From Flavobacteriales bacterium (lineage in GTDB: Bacteria > Bacteroidota > Bacteroidia > Flavobacteriales_D > Crocinitomicaceae), in the NCBI GenBank assembly GCA_947454525.1, contig CANGJM010000009.1, positions 37,342-101,341 of the forward strand: DNA of 64,000 nt. Direction: 5' to 3'. Position numbers and translations under genes: made by a program. Under the pieces are notes generated by a model, which saw only the letters and a list, made by a program, of their open reading frames with translations, ran no database searches and was not told the origin of the DNA. Shown here one piece after another: positions 8,493 through 18,332 of the stretch; position 1 is the stretch's first letter, and every line of letters begins with the position of its first letter.

Positions 8493-9854
8493 TTACTTCA
8501 ACTTTAAATCCAACAAATAAACAAAACTAGAAATCGCCGCAGCGCCTAATTCTAACTCGCGTTTGTTGACACTTTCAAAAACGTCACTCGGTGCATGGTG
8601 GTAATCAAAATACCGTTGGGAATCCGGTACAAATCCGAACAAGGGAATTCCTGGATAGTGTTCCTTTAACGGACCTATATCGACACCGCCGTATCCTTTT
8701 TCAAAAACGTGTAAGTCGTAGTTTTTGTAGTTTGGGGCAAAGGTTTGAAGAAAGGCAACTTGCGCATCGGAACCATCAACACCAAATCCACGTGGAACGA
8801 ATCCACCGCGATCGGACTCCAATGCCGCAATGTGTTTTTCACCTGCTGATTTGACGATGGAAGCATAAGATTTTCCACCCATGTTTCCATTTTCTTCGTT
8901 CATGAAAAATACGACTCTCAAGGTGTGTTTCGGTTTGTAATTGAGCACCTTCAAAATGCGTAATGCCTCCAAACAATGAACGACGCCAGCGCCGTCGTCG
9001 TGTGCGCCTTCTCCCGCATCCCATGAGTCTAAATGTCCACCAAAAACTATGATTTCCTCCGGTTTCTCGCTTCCACGTATTTCAGCAATAACATTATACG
9101 AAGTCGCGTCTGGAAATACACGGCAGTCCATCTCAAAAATAAACCGAACGGATCCTTTTGCTAGTGCGGCAGACAATGCGCTTGCATCCGCGGTTGCTAA
9201 TGCTCCTGCTGGAATGCGTTCAACTGAATCTTCGTAATGCATGGACCCAGTGTGTGGATGAACATCCTCTGGAAGTCCAAGGGAGCGAATAATCACCGCT
9301 TTGGCACCGAGTTTCCCTGCTTCCACAGCTCCATTTCCACGGATCGCATAACAGGCTCCGTACGCTTTGAATGTTTGAATTTGTGTCGCATCCATCGCTT
9401 GATTTAAAAAGACAATTTTGCCTTTAATCTTGGATGCTTTTGCTTTTTTCAGTTCGTCAATGGTTTTGAATTCAATGACTTCACCTTCCATCGTACCATT
9501 TGTTCCAATGGATCCTCCTAAAGCAAGCAAGTGAACTTTGGTAAGTTGTCCGTCTGATGTTCGAAACCACGCGCTTTCCTTTGTTCCTCTTTCCCAATGT
9601 GGGACTTTAATTTCCTGAAGGTAGACACGGTCGAATCCGTAGGTATTCATCTTTGCTTGACTCCATTCGACGGCCATTTGTGCTTCCGTTGACCCGCTTA
9701 ATCTTGGTCCAATGTTTTTGCATAACTGACGAAGGTTTTCGTATGATTCACCACGAAGCAAAGCCTCATCATAAATAGAACGTATCATCAACGAATCTTG
9801 TCCAAATAGGACAGTAGTCAACGAAAGAATGCAAACGGAAAGTAAGTGTTTCAT
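8493..9854 (-). CDS. M28-family aminopeptidase with a PA domain
   Basis: GGHLDSWDAGEGAHDDGAGV and FFMNEENG are zinc-ligand motifs of the M28 family. I prefer the ATG at 9854 (MKHLLSVCILSLTTVLFGQ, a signal peptide) over the track start at 10196, which would overlap ychF. Confidence 0.8.
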   Translation of the reverse strand: MKHLLSVCILSLTTVLFGQDSLMIRSIYDEALLRGESYENLRQLCKNIGPRLSGSTEAQMAVEWSQAKMNTYGFDRVYLQEIKVPHWERGTKESAWFRTSDGQLTKVHLLALGGSIGTNGTMEGEVIEFKTIDELKKAKASKIKGKIVFLNQAMDATQIQTFKAYGACYAIRGNGAVEAGKLGAKAVIIRSLGLPEDVHPHTGSMHYEDSVERIPAGALATADASALSAALAKGSVRFIFEMDCRVFPDATSYNVIAEIRGSEKPEEIIVFGGHLDSWDAGEGAHDDGAGVVHCLEALRILKVLNYKPKHTLRVVFFMNEENGNMGGKSYASIVKSAGEKHIAALESDRGGFVPRGFGVDGSDAQVAFLQTFAPNYKNYDLHVFEKGYGGVDIGPLKEHYPGIPLFGFVPDSQRYFDYHHAPSDVFESVNKRELELGAAAISSFVYLLDLKLK

Positions 9855-9978
9855 CAGTGAATTTTGCCATAAAAATAACCAAAATCCACGGGAATCATTT
9901 GTAGAGTTAAAATCTAGTACTTTCCGTGGCTCTGACAGGCGAGATTCTTTGTATCTTTGCTCACAAAAAATACGAAGA

Positions 9979-11076
9979 ATGGCTTTAAAATGTGGAATTG
10001 TCGGCTTGCCGAATGTTGGAAAATCAACTTTATTTAACTGTTTATCAAATGCAAAGGCGCAATCGGCGAATTTCCCTTTTTGTACCATTGAACCAAATGT
10101 GGGAACGACATCTGTTCCAGATCCACGTTTGCAGAAATTAGAAGCATTGGTAAATCCAGAGCGTGTTTTGCCAACGACCATGGAGATTGTTGACATTGCA
10201 GGATTGGTGAAAGGCGCATCGAAAGGTGAAGGACTTGGAAATCAATTCTTGGCAAATATCCGCGAAACAGATGCGATTCTTCACGTACTTCGTTGTTTTG
10301 ATGACGGAAACATTATCCACGTAGATGGAAGTGTGAACCCAATTCGCGATAAAGAAATCATTGACATCGAGTTGCAATTAAAAGACTTGGACTCTGTGGA
10401 GAAAAAGATCCAAAGTTTGTCCCGTGTGATCAAGTCTGGAGATAAAGATGCTGTCAAAGAGAATGAATTGGCACATAAAATCAAAGAAGGATTAGAGCAA
10501 GGACGTTCGATCCGTGGTTTAGATTTCACACAAGATGAATTCGATATCATTCATAAATTTAATTTAATCACTTCGAAACCAGTGATGTACGTATGTAACG
10601 TGGATGAAGATTCTGTAAAAACAGGAAATGCACACGTGGAAGCAGTTCGAGCAGCAGTGGCGAGTGAAAATGCAGAAGTGATGATCATCGGAGCAAAAAT
10701 CGAAGCAGATATCACTGAATTAGAGACATACGACGAGCGACAAATGTTCCTCGATGAACTTGGTTTAGAAGAACCAGGAGTGAATCGTTTGATTCGTCAA
10801 GCATATCATTTATTGAACTTACAGACTTATTTTACTGCAGGAGTGAAAGAAGTGCGTGCTTGGACCATCCGCAAAGGAATGACCGCTCCACAAGCAGCAG
10901 GTGTAATTCACAGTGATTTCGAAAAAGGATTCATCCGCGCAGAAGTGATGAAATACAACGATTTTATTACGTACGGATCAGAAAGCGCTGTCAAAGAAGC
11001 TGGAAAATTCAAAGTAGAAGGAAAAGAATACGTAGTAGAAGATGGAGATGTGATGCATTTCCGTTTCAACGTTTAA
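9979..11076 (+). CDS. ychF: Redox-regulated ATPase YchF
   Basis: MALKCGIVGLPNVGKSTLFN P-loop, a length of 365 aa and the C-terminal TGS-like end DGDVMHFRFNV. Start chosen at the ATG at 9979. Confidence 0.9.
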   Translation: MALKCGIVGLPNVGKSTLFNCLSNAKAQSANFPFCTIEPNVGTTSVPDPRLQKLEALVNPERVLPTTMEIVDIAGLVKGASKGEGLGNQFLANIRETDAILHVLRCFDDGNIIHVDGSVNPIRDKEIIDIELQLKDLDSVEKKIQSLSRVIKSGDKDAVKENELAHKIKEGLEQGRSIRGLDFTQDEFDIIHKFNLITSKPVMYVCNVDEDSVKTGNAHVEAVRAAVASENAEVMIIGAKIEADITELETYDERQMFLDELGLEEPGVNRLIRQAYHLLNLQTYFTAGVKEVRAWTIRKGMTAPQAAGVIHSDFEKGFIRAEVMKYNDFITYGSESAVKEAGKFKVEGKEYVVEDGDVMHFRFNV

Positions 11077-11088
11077 TACAAATAGAAC

Positions 11089-12357
11089 ATGATAGCAGCA
11101 AATAATCCAAGTTTACGTTCATGGATTTCGGTTCCGGAAGGATCTGATTTCCCGATTCAAAACCTTCCGTTTGGAGTATTTACGACAAGTGGATCCACAG
11201 CGCGTGTGGGGACACGCATTGGCGATACCGTGATTGATTTATCCATTCTTGCAGCATCCGGTCAACTGGAAGTTGCTGGATTTACCGCGGTAGATTTCTC
11301 ACAGGAATTTTTGAATCCAATGATGAAAAAAGGAAAAGAGGCCACACGTCGTTTGCGTCAGGCTCTATCAGATCTTTTTACAACGGAGAATCAAGCTGCA
11401 GCTACCAATGAATCGATTCAAAAAGCATTGTTTGCGGTGAATGACGTGAACATGTGTATGCCGGTTCAAATTGGTGACTACACGGACTTTTATTCAAGCA
11501 AAGAACACGCAACAAACGTTGGAATCATGTTTCGTGATCCAGCAAACGCTTTGTTGCCAAACTGGTTATGGATTCCTGTTGGATACCACGGACGTTCGTC
11601 TTCCGTGATTATTTCGGGACAAGATATTCATCGTCCAAAAGGACAAATCAAACCGGATGATAACGAGCCGCCGATTTTTGCCGCTTCTCGTCAAGTGGAT
11701 TTCGAATTAGAAATGGGATTCATTACCTACGATGGTAAACCTTTAGGTGATTCTATTTCAACGACTGAAGCAGAGGACTTTATTTTCGGAATGTGCTTGT
11801 TTAATGATTGGTCAGCACGTGATATTCAAAAATGGGAATATGTTCCACTTGGACCATTCCTAGCGAAAAACTTTGCTTCGTCTATTTCCTGTTGGATTGT
11901 TACCTTGGATGCCTTGCAACCGTTTGCAGTGGAATCACCAGAACAAGATCCAGCTGTCCTTTCTTACCTCGCGTTTGAAGGAAAAAAATCATACGATATT
12001 CAATTAGAAGTTGGATTGACTCCGGAAAATGCAACGGAAAAAATCATTTCTAACTCGAATTTCAAATACATGTACTGGAACATGTCCCAACAATTAGCAC
12101 ATCATACGGTGAACGGATGTAATGTGCGTTGTGGAGATTTAATGGGGTCAGGAACCATTTCTGGATCCACGCCTGATTCCTTCGGTTCTATGTTGGAACT
12201 AGCTTGGAAAGGAACGAAACCACTCGCAATGAATGATGGTACCGAAAGACGATTCATTCAGGATGGCGACACCGTTACAATGAGAGGTTTCTGTCAGAAT
12301 GCTGAAGTTCGAATCGGATTCGGCGAAGTAAAAGCGAAAATTTTACCTGCGAAATAA
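11089..12357 (+). CDS. fahA: Fumarylacetoacetase
   Basis: 422 aa with N-terminus SWISVPEGSDFPIQNLPFGVF and the core IGDYTDFYSS...GYHGRSSS...FGMCLFNDWSARDIQ, characteristic of the FAH family. Confidence 0.8.
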   Translation: MIAANNPSLRSWISVPEGSDFPIQNLPFGVFTTSGSTARVGTRIGDTVIDLSILAASGQLEVAGFTAVDFSQEFLNPMMKKGKEATRRLRQALSDLFTTENQAAATNESIQKALFAVNDVNMCMPVQIGDYTDFYSSKEHATNVGIMFRDPANALLPNWLWIPVGYHGRSSSVIISGQDIHRPKGQIKPDDNEPPIFAASRQVDFELEMGFITYDGKPLGDSISTTEAEDFIFGMCLFNDWSARDIQKWEYVPLGPFLAKNFASSISCWIVTLDALQPFAVESPEQDPAVLSYLAFEGKKSYDIQLEVGLTPENATEKIISNSNFKYMYWNMSQQLAHHTVNGCNVRCGDLMGSGTISGSTPDSFGSMLELAWKGTKPLAMNDGTERRFIQDGDTVTMRGFCQNAEVRIGFGEVKAKILPAK

Positions 12358-14598
12358 ATGCAAGACTACGACTCTTCAACGATTGACCTAGAACTCGAAC
12401 GCATCGAAATATTGAATGCGTTCAAAGGCTTGTTACGAGCTATGAAGGACAGAAGTCGCGAGGAGACAAAAATGGTGCGTAAAGCATTCGATATTGCACT
12501 CGAAGCGCACAAGGACATGCGTCGCAAATCTGGCGAACCATACATTTACCATCCGATTGCGGTTGCGCGCATCTGTGCAGAGGAAATGGGACTAGAGCCC
12601 ATCGCTGTTGCCTGTGCATTATTACACGATACGGTCGAGGATACGTACATCACCTTACAAGACATTGAAGATATTTTCGGTTCCAAAGTAAGGGCAATTA
12701 TTGATGGTCTCACGAAGATTCCGGAAGTTTTCGACGAGAATACCTCCATTCAAGCGGAGAATTTCCGTAAAATGATTCTCACCATTTCCGATGATTTTCG
12801 CGTCGTGCTCATCAAACTAGCGGATCGACTGCACAACATGCGTACGTTGTCGAGCATGAAAGTCGAAAAGCAATTAAAAATTGCATCAGAAACACGCTTT
12901 CTGTATGCTCCTTTGGCTCATCGATTGGGATTGTATCCCATCAAAACAGAATTGGAAGATCTTTCCATGAAGTACTGTGAACCCGAGGTTTTTAAGGAGA
13001 TTGACTCCAAATTGAAAAGCACACAGGACGTACGAAATCGATTTATTCGTCGTTTCGTTGCGCCCATCAAAGAAGAACTAGAAAACCAAGGATACCATTT
13101 CGATATCAAAGCACGTCCAAAGTCGATTTTTTCGATTTGGCGCAAAATGCAATCGAAAAACGTTCCCTTCGAAGAAGTCTTTGACTTGTTTGCCTTGCGC
13201 ATCATTGTCGATACGCCCTACGAATTGGAAAAGGCGGACTGTTGGCGTATTTATAGTGTCGTAACAGACTTTTATCAGCCGAGTCCTGATCGTTTGCGCG
13301 ACTGGATTTCTACGCCTCGTGCAAATGGATACGAATCCTTGCATACGACTGTCATGTCTCCACAGGGACGTTGGGTAGAGGTGCAAATTCGTTCTAAGCG
13401 AATGGATGATATCGCTGAACATGGATTAGCTGCACATTACAAGTACAAAGAATCAAAAACGGACGAAAACAAATTCGATCGATGGATTGCAGAAATTCGC
13501 GATTTATTGGATAGTCCAGACATGAATGCATTGGACTTCGTCAATGACTTCAAACTGAACTTGTTCAATGATGAAATCTACGTGTTTACTCCAAAAGGAG
13601 AATTGCGCGTATTGCCAATTGGCTCCACAATTTTAGATTTTGCTTACGATATCCACACAGAAATTGGGGGTCGTTGCATTGGCGCAAAGGTCAATAACCG
13701 ATTGATGCCTTTAAGTTATCAGTTATTAAACGGAGATCAATTGGAGATTTTAACCTCCAAAAAACAAAAACCGAACGATGAATGGTTGAAATTCGTCGTG
13801 ACGGCACGTGCGAAGCAAAAGATTAAATCTTCACTAAACGAGGAGCGAAAACAAATTGCTTCTGACGGAAAGGAAATTTTAGAGCGCAAATTCAAGCAGT
13901 TTAATGTGCGCATGAATCCAGAAAACATTCAATATTTAACGAACCATTTTCATGTTTCGACCATCAGTGAGTTGTATTTCCGAATTGCAAAAGGCAAAGT
14001 TGATTTGTCCAAACTACGTGAATTAGAAGTTGTTGGAGGAATGTTGCAATCGCAGCGTAAAATTCAATCGAAAAAAATAAATAGTGGTTCGGAAGAAGGA
14101 ACGTTTGAAGGAATCAACACCGATAAAGATACCATCATCATTGGGGAGGACTTCAAAGGCTTTGATTATCAGTTAGCTCGTTGTTGTAATCCGATTCCTG
14201 GAGATAAGATTTTTGGTTTCATCACGATTAGTAGTGGAATTAAAATTCACCGATACAATTGTCCAAATGCCGTTCACTTAATGTCGAAACTGGCCTACCG
14301 TTGCCTCAAAGCGAAGTGGGAAGGCGAGCAGTTGGTTGAACGCATTGCAGCGATTCGAATTGTTGGAATTGATCAATTGGGTATGGTAAACAGATTAACA
14401 GAAATCATTTCCAAGCAAAATCACGTGAACATGAAAAGTATTTCATTTGAAACGAACGATGGTGTTTTCGAAGGAAGGATCAAAGTACTAGTTTACGATA
14501 CAGCCCAATTGGAACAGTTAACACGTAAATTCGAAGAAGTGGAAGGTGTTCAGCGTGTAACTCGTTGGGATTCCGCAGAAGGAGAAGAAATTCAATAA
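12358..14598 (+). CDS. spoT: Bifunctional (p)ppGpp synthetase/hydrolase, RelA/SpoT family
   Basis: HD hydrolase motif LLHDTVEDT and synthetase region RPKSIFSIWRKM...DLFALRIIV, followed by TGS and ACT-like C-terminal domains. 746 aa. Confidence 0.9.
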   Translation: MQDYDSSTIDLELERIEILNAFKGLLRAMKDRSREETKMVRKAFDIALEAHKDMRRKSGEPYIYHPIAVARICAEEMGLEPIAVACALLHDTVEDTYITLQDIEDIFGSKVRAIIDGLTKIPEVFDENTSIQAENFRKMILTISDDFRVVLIKLADRLHNMRTLSSMKVEKQLKIASETRFLYAPLAHRLGLYPIKTELEDLSMKYCEPEVFKEIDSKLKSTQDVRNRFIRRFVAPIKEELENQGYHFDIKARPKSIFSIWRKMQSKNVPFEEVFDLFALRIIVDTPYELEKADCWRIYSVVTDFYQPSPDRLRDWISTPRANGYESLHTTVMSPQGRWVEVQIRSKRMDDIAEHGLAAHYKYKESKTDENKFDRWIAEIRDLLDSPDMNALDFVNDFKLNLFNDEIYVFTPKGELRVLPIGSTILDFAYDIHTEIGGRCIGAKVNNRLMPLSYQLLNGDQLEILTSKKQKPNDEWLKFVVTARAKQKIKSSLNEERKQIASDGKEILERKFKQFNVRMNPENIQYLTNHFHVSTISELYFRIAKGKVDLSKLRELEVVGGMLQSQRKIQSKKINSGSEEGTFEGINTDKDTIIIGEDFKGFDYQLARCCNPIPGDKIFGFITISSGIKIHRYNCPNAVHLMSKLAYRCLKAKWEGEQLVERIAAIRIVGIDQLGMVNRLTEIISKQNHVNMKSISFETNDGVFEGRIKVLVYDTAQLEQLTRKFEEVEGVQRVTRWDSAEGEEIQ

Positions 14599-16130
14599 TC
14601 TTTGCGAAGCGAGTAGGGGTCTTTCGGTTTCAAAAGTGGATTCCACGAAAATCCCTTGATGAATTGTTCTTCTGGCTTGATTTGATTCATTGGATAAAAA
14701 ATCCCATCTGGTTTATCGTAATAGGTAATGGATTTCACTTCTCCACTGTCTAGTTCCACCAATAAATCGGAAGCAAACAAACGGTTCATTCCTTTTCTAA
14801 TTTTCACTAAACTCGTATCTGTTTTCTTTTCCTCTTCCGGATAGAAGATGGTCCACGCATTACCTTTGGCATCCGCTTTAACGAGTTCATTATTGACAAA
14901 ATAGGCTGTCATTGTTCTACCAGCGAGCTGATTGTAGTATTTTCCGGAATCTATTTCCATCACAGCACTGGCCTGATCGATGATTTCTATTTGCTTCAAA
15001 GAACTATCTTGCATGGATATTTTCATGGTAAGTCCTTTCAATTCAGCATTCTGGGACCAAATAATGGGTTTACTTCGAAGAAACAATTCTTCTGTTTTGG
15101 GATCGTAACGTGCGGTATCACAGATGCCTTGCATTCCTTGATTGTACATACGAACATTTCGATGTGCGATGGTTTCGGTTGTTCGATTTAAAGAATCCTT
15201 GTGCATGATTAAACTATCCGCATGCAAGTACAAGGTATCGCCGTCGTAAACTTTAAAGGCAAGCGTATTTCCGGTTAAATAGGCAATGTGAAGGCTATTA
15301 CTCGACTTTGCTTTGTTTCCCATGAATACCAAATTCTGGGTGAAATCTTTGTAAAACACATTTCCTCTTCCTTCGTAATTGTTGAGTTTCGTGTTTAAAA
15401 ACAAGGTATCTCCTTTGATAATGCTGGTCTTTTGGATTACTTCCGCTTGTTTGTACAAAACACCTTCTTCGGTCTGTACGTGAAACCATCCTTTTCGACA
15501 GTGAATCGTAATGCTGTCGTTTTGCATGGTCGATGGACCATAGAAATAGAGTTTCTGTTGTTCGTAGGCAAATTGCAAGGTGTCAGTGGTGACTTTTAAG
15601 TCATTTTTCAGGTATTTTACGTCTCCACTAAAAAAGAAACTTCCGTTGTTCGGGTAGAAATATCCGAGTGTACTTGTGATGCGTTCGTTCGAAACAATGG
15701 ATTCAATGCGTCCTTTGTTTCGGTAGATGGCCCTTCCTCGTTTCGCGTCGTAATCAAGTGAGTCAGAACTCAATTTGTATTCCTGATCACGAACTTTGAC
15801 ATCTCCCCAAAGTTTTGCGTATTTGTTGGCTTCGTCGTAATACAGCGAATCACAGTAAAGATTGACATCGCCTTTACGGATGTGCACGTTGCCGTATGCT
15901 CGGACAATTTTTGCTTTATCCTGGTAGTCAGCGGAATCACAGTACATCGTGTTGCCATGGTAAGCAAAGCTCACGCTTCCAACAAGTCTGTGTTTTCCAG
16001 TGGTTTTGTTGTAATAGATTTTTTCAGAACCGGGAAGTAATTCCAGTGTTTTTTTTTGCGCACATACCTTTCCACCCAAAAAAAATGCGCTCAAGAAGAG
16101 CGCAATTTGTATGAATGGTTTCATGTTCAT
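14592..16130 (-). CDS. OstA/LptD-N-like periplasmic or outer-membrane protein
   Basis: Signal peptide MNMKPFIQIALFLSAFFLGGKVCAQ. The protein is beta-rich with repetitive GNV.i.kgd...cDs..Yd segments resembling OstA-like_N repeats. The assignment is by pattern only. Confidence 0.4.
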   Translation of the reverse strand: MNMKPFIQIALFLSAFFLGGKVCAQKKTLELLPGSEKIYYNKTTGKHRLVGSVSFAYHGNTMYCDSADYQDKAKIVRAYGNVHIRKGDVNLYCDSLYYDEANKYAKLWGDVKVRDQEYKLSSDSLDYDAKRGRAIYRNKGRIESIVSNERITSTLGYFYPNNGSFFFSGDVKYLKNDLKVTTDTLQFAYEQQKLYFYGPSTMQNDSITIHCRKGWFHVQTEEGVLYKQAEVIQKTSIIKGDTLFLNTKLNNYEGRGNVFYKDFTQNLVFMGNKAKSSNSLHIAYLTGNTLAFKVYDGDTLYLHADSLIMHKDSLNRTTETIAHRNVRMYNQGMQGICDTARYDPKTEELFLRSKPIIWSQNAELKGLTMKISMQDSSLKQIEIIDQASAVMEIDSGKYYNQLAGRTMTAYFVNNELVKADAKGNAWTIFYPEEEKKTDTSLVKIRKGMNRLFASDLLVELDSGEVKSITYYDKPDGIFYPMNQIKPEEQFIKGFSWNPLLKPKDPYSLRKDY

Positions 16131-16131
16131 T

Positions 16132-17403
16132 TTAGTGATTAGCTAAAGTTTGTTTTCTGTCAGGCCCAACAGATACAACGTTGATTGGCACGTTTAATTG
16201 TGCTTCCAAATACGTTACATAGTTTTTTAAGGCATTCGGAGCTGATTCATAGTCAGACAATTCAGTCAAATCGCAGTTCCATCCTTCTAATTCCTCATAA
16301 ACAGGTGTGAATTCCAAATCGCTGACATCAAATGGGAAATCGTATACTTTTTCGCCATTAACCAAGTAATGTGTACACACACTGATTTTATCGAAAATAC
16401 TGAGTACGTCTGCTTTCATCATGGAAAGTTCCGTAACACCGTTGATCATAATCGCATAGCGCATTTGAACGAGGTCAATCCATCCGCAACGACGTGGACG
16501 TCCAGTTGTCGCTCCAAATTCACGTCCTTCTTTACGGATTTCTTCACCTACTTCATCATCTAATTCAGTAGGGAAGGGTCCACTTCCAACGCGCGTACAG
16601 TACGCTTTAAAAATACCAATAACTTTTCCAATGCGTGTTGGTGCAATTCCGAGTCCCGTACATGTTCCAGCAGTAACTGTATTTGAAGACGTAACAAATG
16701 GGTACGTTCCAAAGTCGATGTCTAACATGGTTCCTTGAGCACCTTCCGCAAGAACACGTTTACCGTTCAATAAAGCGGTATTCAAGTAATGCTCACTGTC
16801 TACTGCTTGTAATTTTTTAAGCGATTCGATGGCCTCCATCCATGGTTTTTCAAGGGCAGAAAGATCGTATTCGAATCCTTCGTAATGCTTCAACATTCCC
16901 ACATGTTTTTCTACGAGGATGTCATATTTCTCTTGGAAGTTTGGAGAGAAAATATCCCCAACACGTAAACCGTTTCTTCCCGTTTTATCCATGTACGTTG
17001 GTCCAATTCCTTTAAGAGTAGATCCAATTTTATTTTTTCCTTTTGCTGTTTCTGACGCAGCATCAAGCAATCTATGTGTTGGTAAAATCAAATGCGCTTT
17101 TTTGGACAACAATAGACGATTCGCAAAATCAATGTTGAATGGCGCTAACTTGTCTAATTCACCTTGAAAAATAACTGGATCGATTACGACACCGTTTCCA
17201 ACAAGGTTCACCACATTTGGATGAAAAATTCCAGAAGGGATTGTATGAAGTACGTGTTTGATTCCGTTAAACTCAAGTGTGTGTCCAGCATTTGGTCCAC
17301 CTTGAAAACGCGCAATAATATCATAATCAGGTGTTAACACATCGACAATTTTTCCTTTGCCTTCATCACCCCATTGTAATCCTAACAGTACATCTACTTT
17401 CAT
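16132..17403 (-). CDS. purA: Adenylosuccinate synthase
   Basis: LGLQWGDEGKGKIVD P-loop, GIGPTY and GTTGRPRRCGW motifs. 423 aa. Confidence 0.95.
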   Translation of the reverse strand: MKVDVLLGLQWGDEGKGKIVDVLTPDYDIIARFQGGPNAGHTLEFNGIKHVLHTIPSGIFHPNVVNLVGNGVVIDPVIFQGELDKLAPFNIDFANRLLLSKKAHLILPTHRLLDAASETAKGKNKIGSTLKGIGPTYMDKTGRNGLRVGDIFSPNFQEKYDILVEKHVGMLKHYEGFEYDLSALEKPWMEAIESLKKLQAVDSEHYLNTALLNGKRVLAEGAQGTMLDIDFGTYPFVTSSNTVTAGTCTGLGIAPTRIGKVIGIFKAYCTRVGSGPFPTELDDEVGEEIRKEGREFGATTGRPRRCGWIDLVQMRYAIMINGVTELSMMKADVLSIFDKISVCTHYLVNGEKVYDFPFDVSDLEFTPVYEELEGWNCDLTELSDYESAPNALKNYVTYLEAQLNVPINVVSVGPDRKQTLANH

Positions 17404-17405
17404 GC

Positions 17406-17738
17406 TTATTTTTTAAAGTATGCTTTGACTTCCATCAGTGTGTTTGCCATGTGAAACACTTGATTGATTTTCGTCAGTTCAAAAATTTTTGTTAATTGAT
17501 CATTTACATTCAATACGACAACATCTCCTTGATTCAATCTTGCTCTTGTCAATACTTTGACAAAAAAAGCAATACCAGAGGAATTGACGTAAGATAGGTT
17601 TGCTAAATCCAAGACAACATTCCAATTTGTCAAGGTGTTGAGTAATTCATTAGCATCAGCTAGGTCCGCATCCGACATCAACTTGCCTTCAAAAGACAAT
17701 ATTGAACAATCCATATCAACGAGCAGATTCACCTTCAT
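17406..17738 (-). CDS. STAS-domain protein (anti-sigma-factor antagonist-like)
   Basis: 110 aa. The pattern LDLANLSYVNSSGIAFFVKV...LNVNDQLTKIFELTKI fits the SpoIIAA/STAS fold. Confidence 0.55.
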   Translation of the reverse strand: MKVNLLVDMDCSILSFEGKLMSDADLADANELLNTLTNWNVVLDLANLSYVNSSGIAFFVKVLTRARLNQGDVVVLNVNDQLTKIFELTKINQVFHMANTLMEVKAYFKK

Positions 17739-17740
17739 CT

Positions 17741-18187
17741 TTATGATTTTGGTTGATTTTTTACTCCGTAAAAATAAAGAGAGTGGTGTTGAACGGTTAC
17801 TTGAAAAAGTTCTTCGATTGTTGCTTTGATTTGCTGAATACGCGGATCACAAAATTCGATTACTTCTCCGGTGTCGGTACAAATGACGTGGTCGTGTTGT
17901 TTGGAACCATGAGACTTTTCGAATTGCGCTAAATTCTTTCCAAATTGATGTTTTGTTACCAAGTTACAAGCCAAAAGCAATTCTATGGTATTGTAAAGTG
18001 TAGCACGAGAAACGCGGTAATTATGATTTTTCATTTTGATGTAGAGCGTTTCAATATCAAAATGTCCTTCGTATTGGTATATCTCTGCTAGAATAGCAAA
18101 GCGCTCTGGAGTTTTTCTGTGACCATTCTGTTCGAGGTATGCCGCGAAAATATCCTTTACTGTACCTGAAAGTTCTGTTATATTCAT
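17741..18187 (-). CDS. fur: Fur-family transcriptional repressor
   Basis: 148 aa. Winged-helix segment [13 protein letters not shown]...[12 protein letters not shown] and metal-site region [18 protein letters not shown]. Confidence 0.75.
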   Translation of the reverse strand: MNITELSGTVKDIFAAYLEQNGHRKTPERFAILAEIYQYEGHFDIETLYIKMKNHNYRVSRATLYNTIELLLACNLVTKHQFGKNLAQFEKSHGSKQHDHVICTDTGEVIEFCDPRIQQIKATIEELFQVTVQHHSLYFYGVKNQPKS

Positions 18188-18286
18188 AATTTAAGCAGAA
18201 CAAATTTACGTATTAATTTAGTTGGTAAACAGATAAGTGCAGATGAATGTCCTTAGGTTATTAACACCTTTTTCACGTTTATAGAC

Positions 18287-18314
18287 AAAAAAAAAGGGAG
18301 GCGAACCTCCCTTT
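18287..18314 (-). terminator. Rho-independent terminator downstream of rpsA
   Basis: On the minus strand, hairpin agggagg ttcg cctccct is followed by a T9 run. Confidence 0.7.
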
Positions 18315-18332
18315 AACTTATTGTAAAAAGAC

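Noticed and set aside
9855-10196. Long N-terminal extensions of the M28 peptidase (track start 10196) and of ychF (track start 9829). These would make the two genes overlap head-to-head by about 370 nt.
   Set aside because: The internal ATGs at 9854 (giving a signal peptide) and at 9979 (giving the canonical MALKCGIVGLPNVGKS N-terminus) produce normal proteins. They also leave a 124-nt divergent promoter region.
16049-16057. A 9-nt homopolymer in the signal-peptide region of the OstA-like gene, as a possible phase-variation switch.
   Set aside because: It simply encodes KK after the cleavage site. There is no alternative-frame ORF or other supporting signal.
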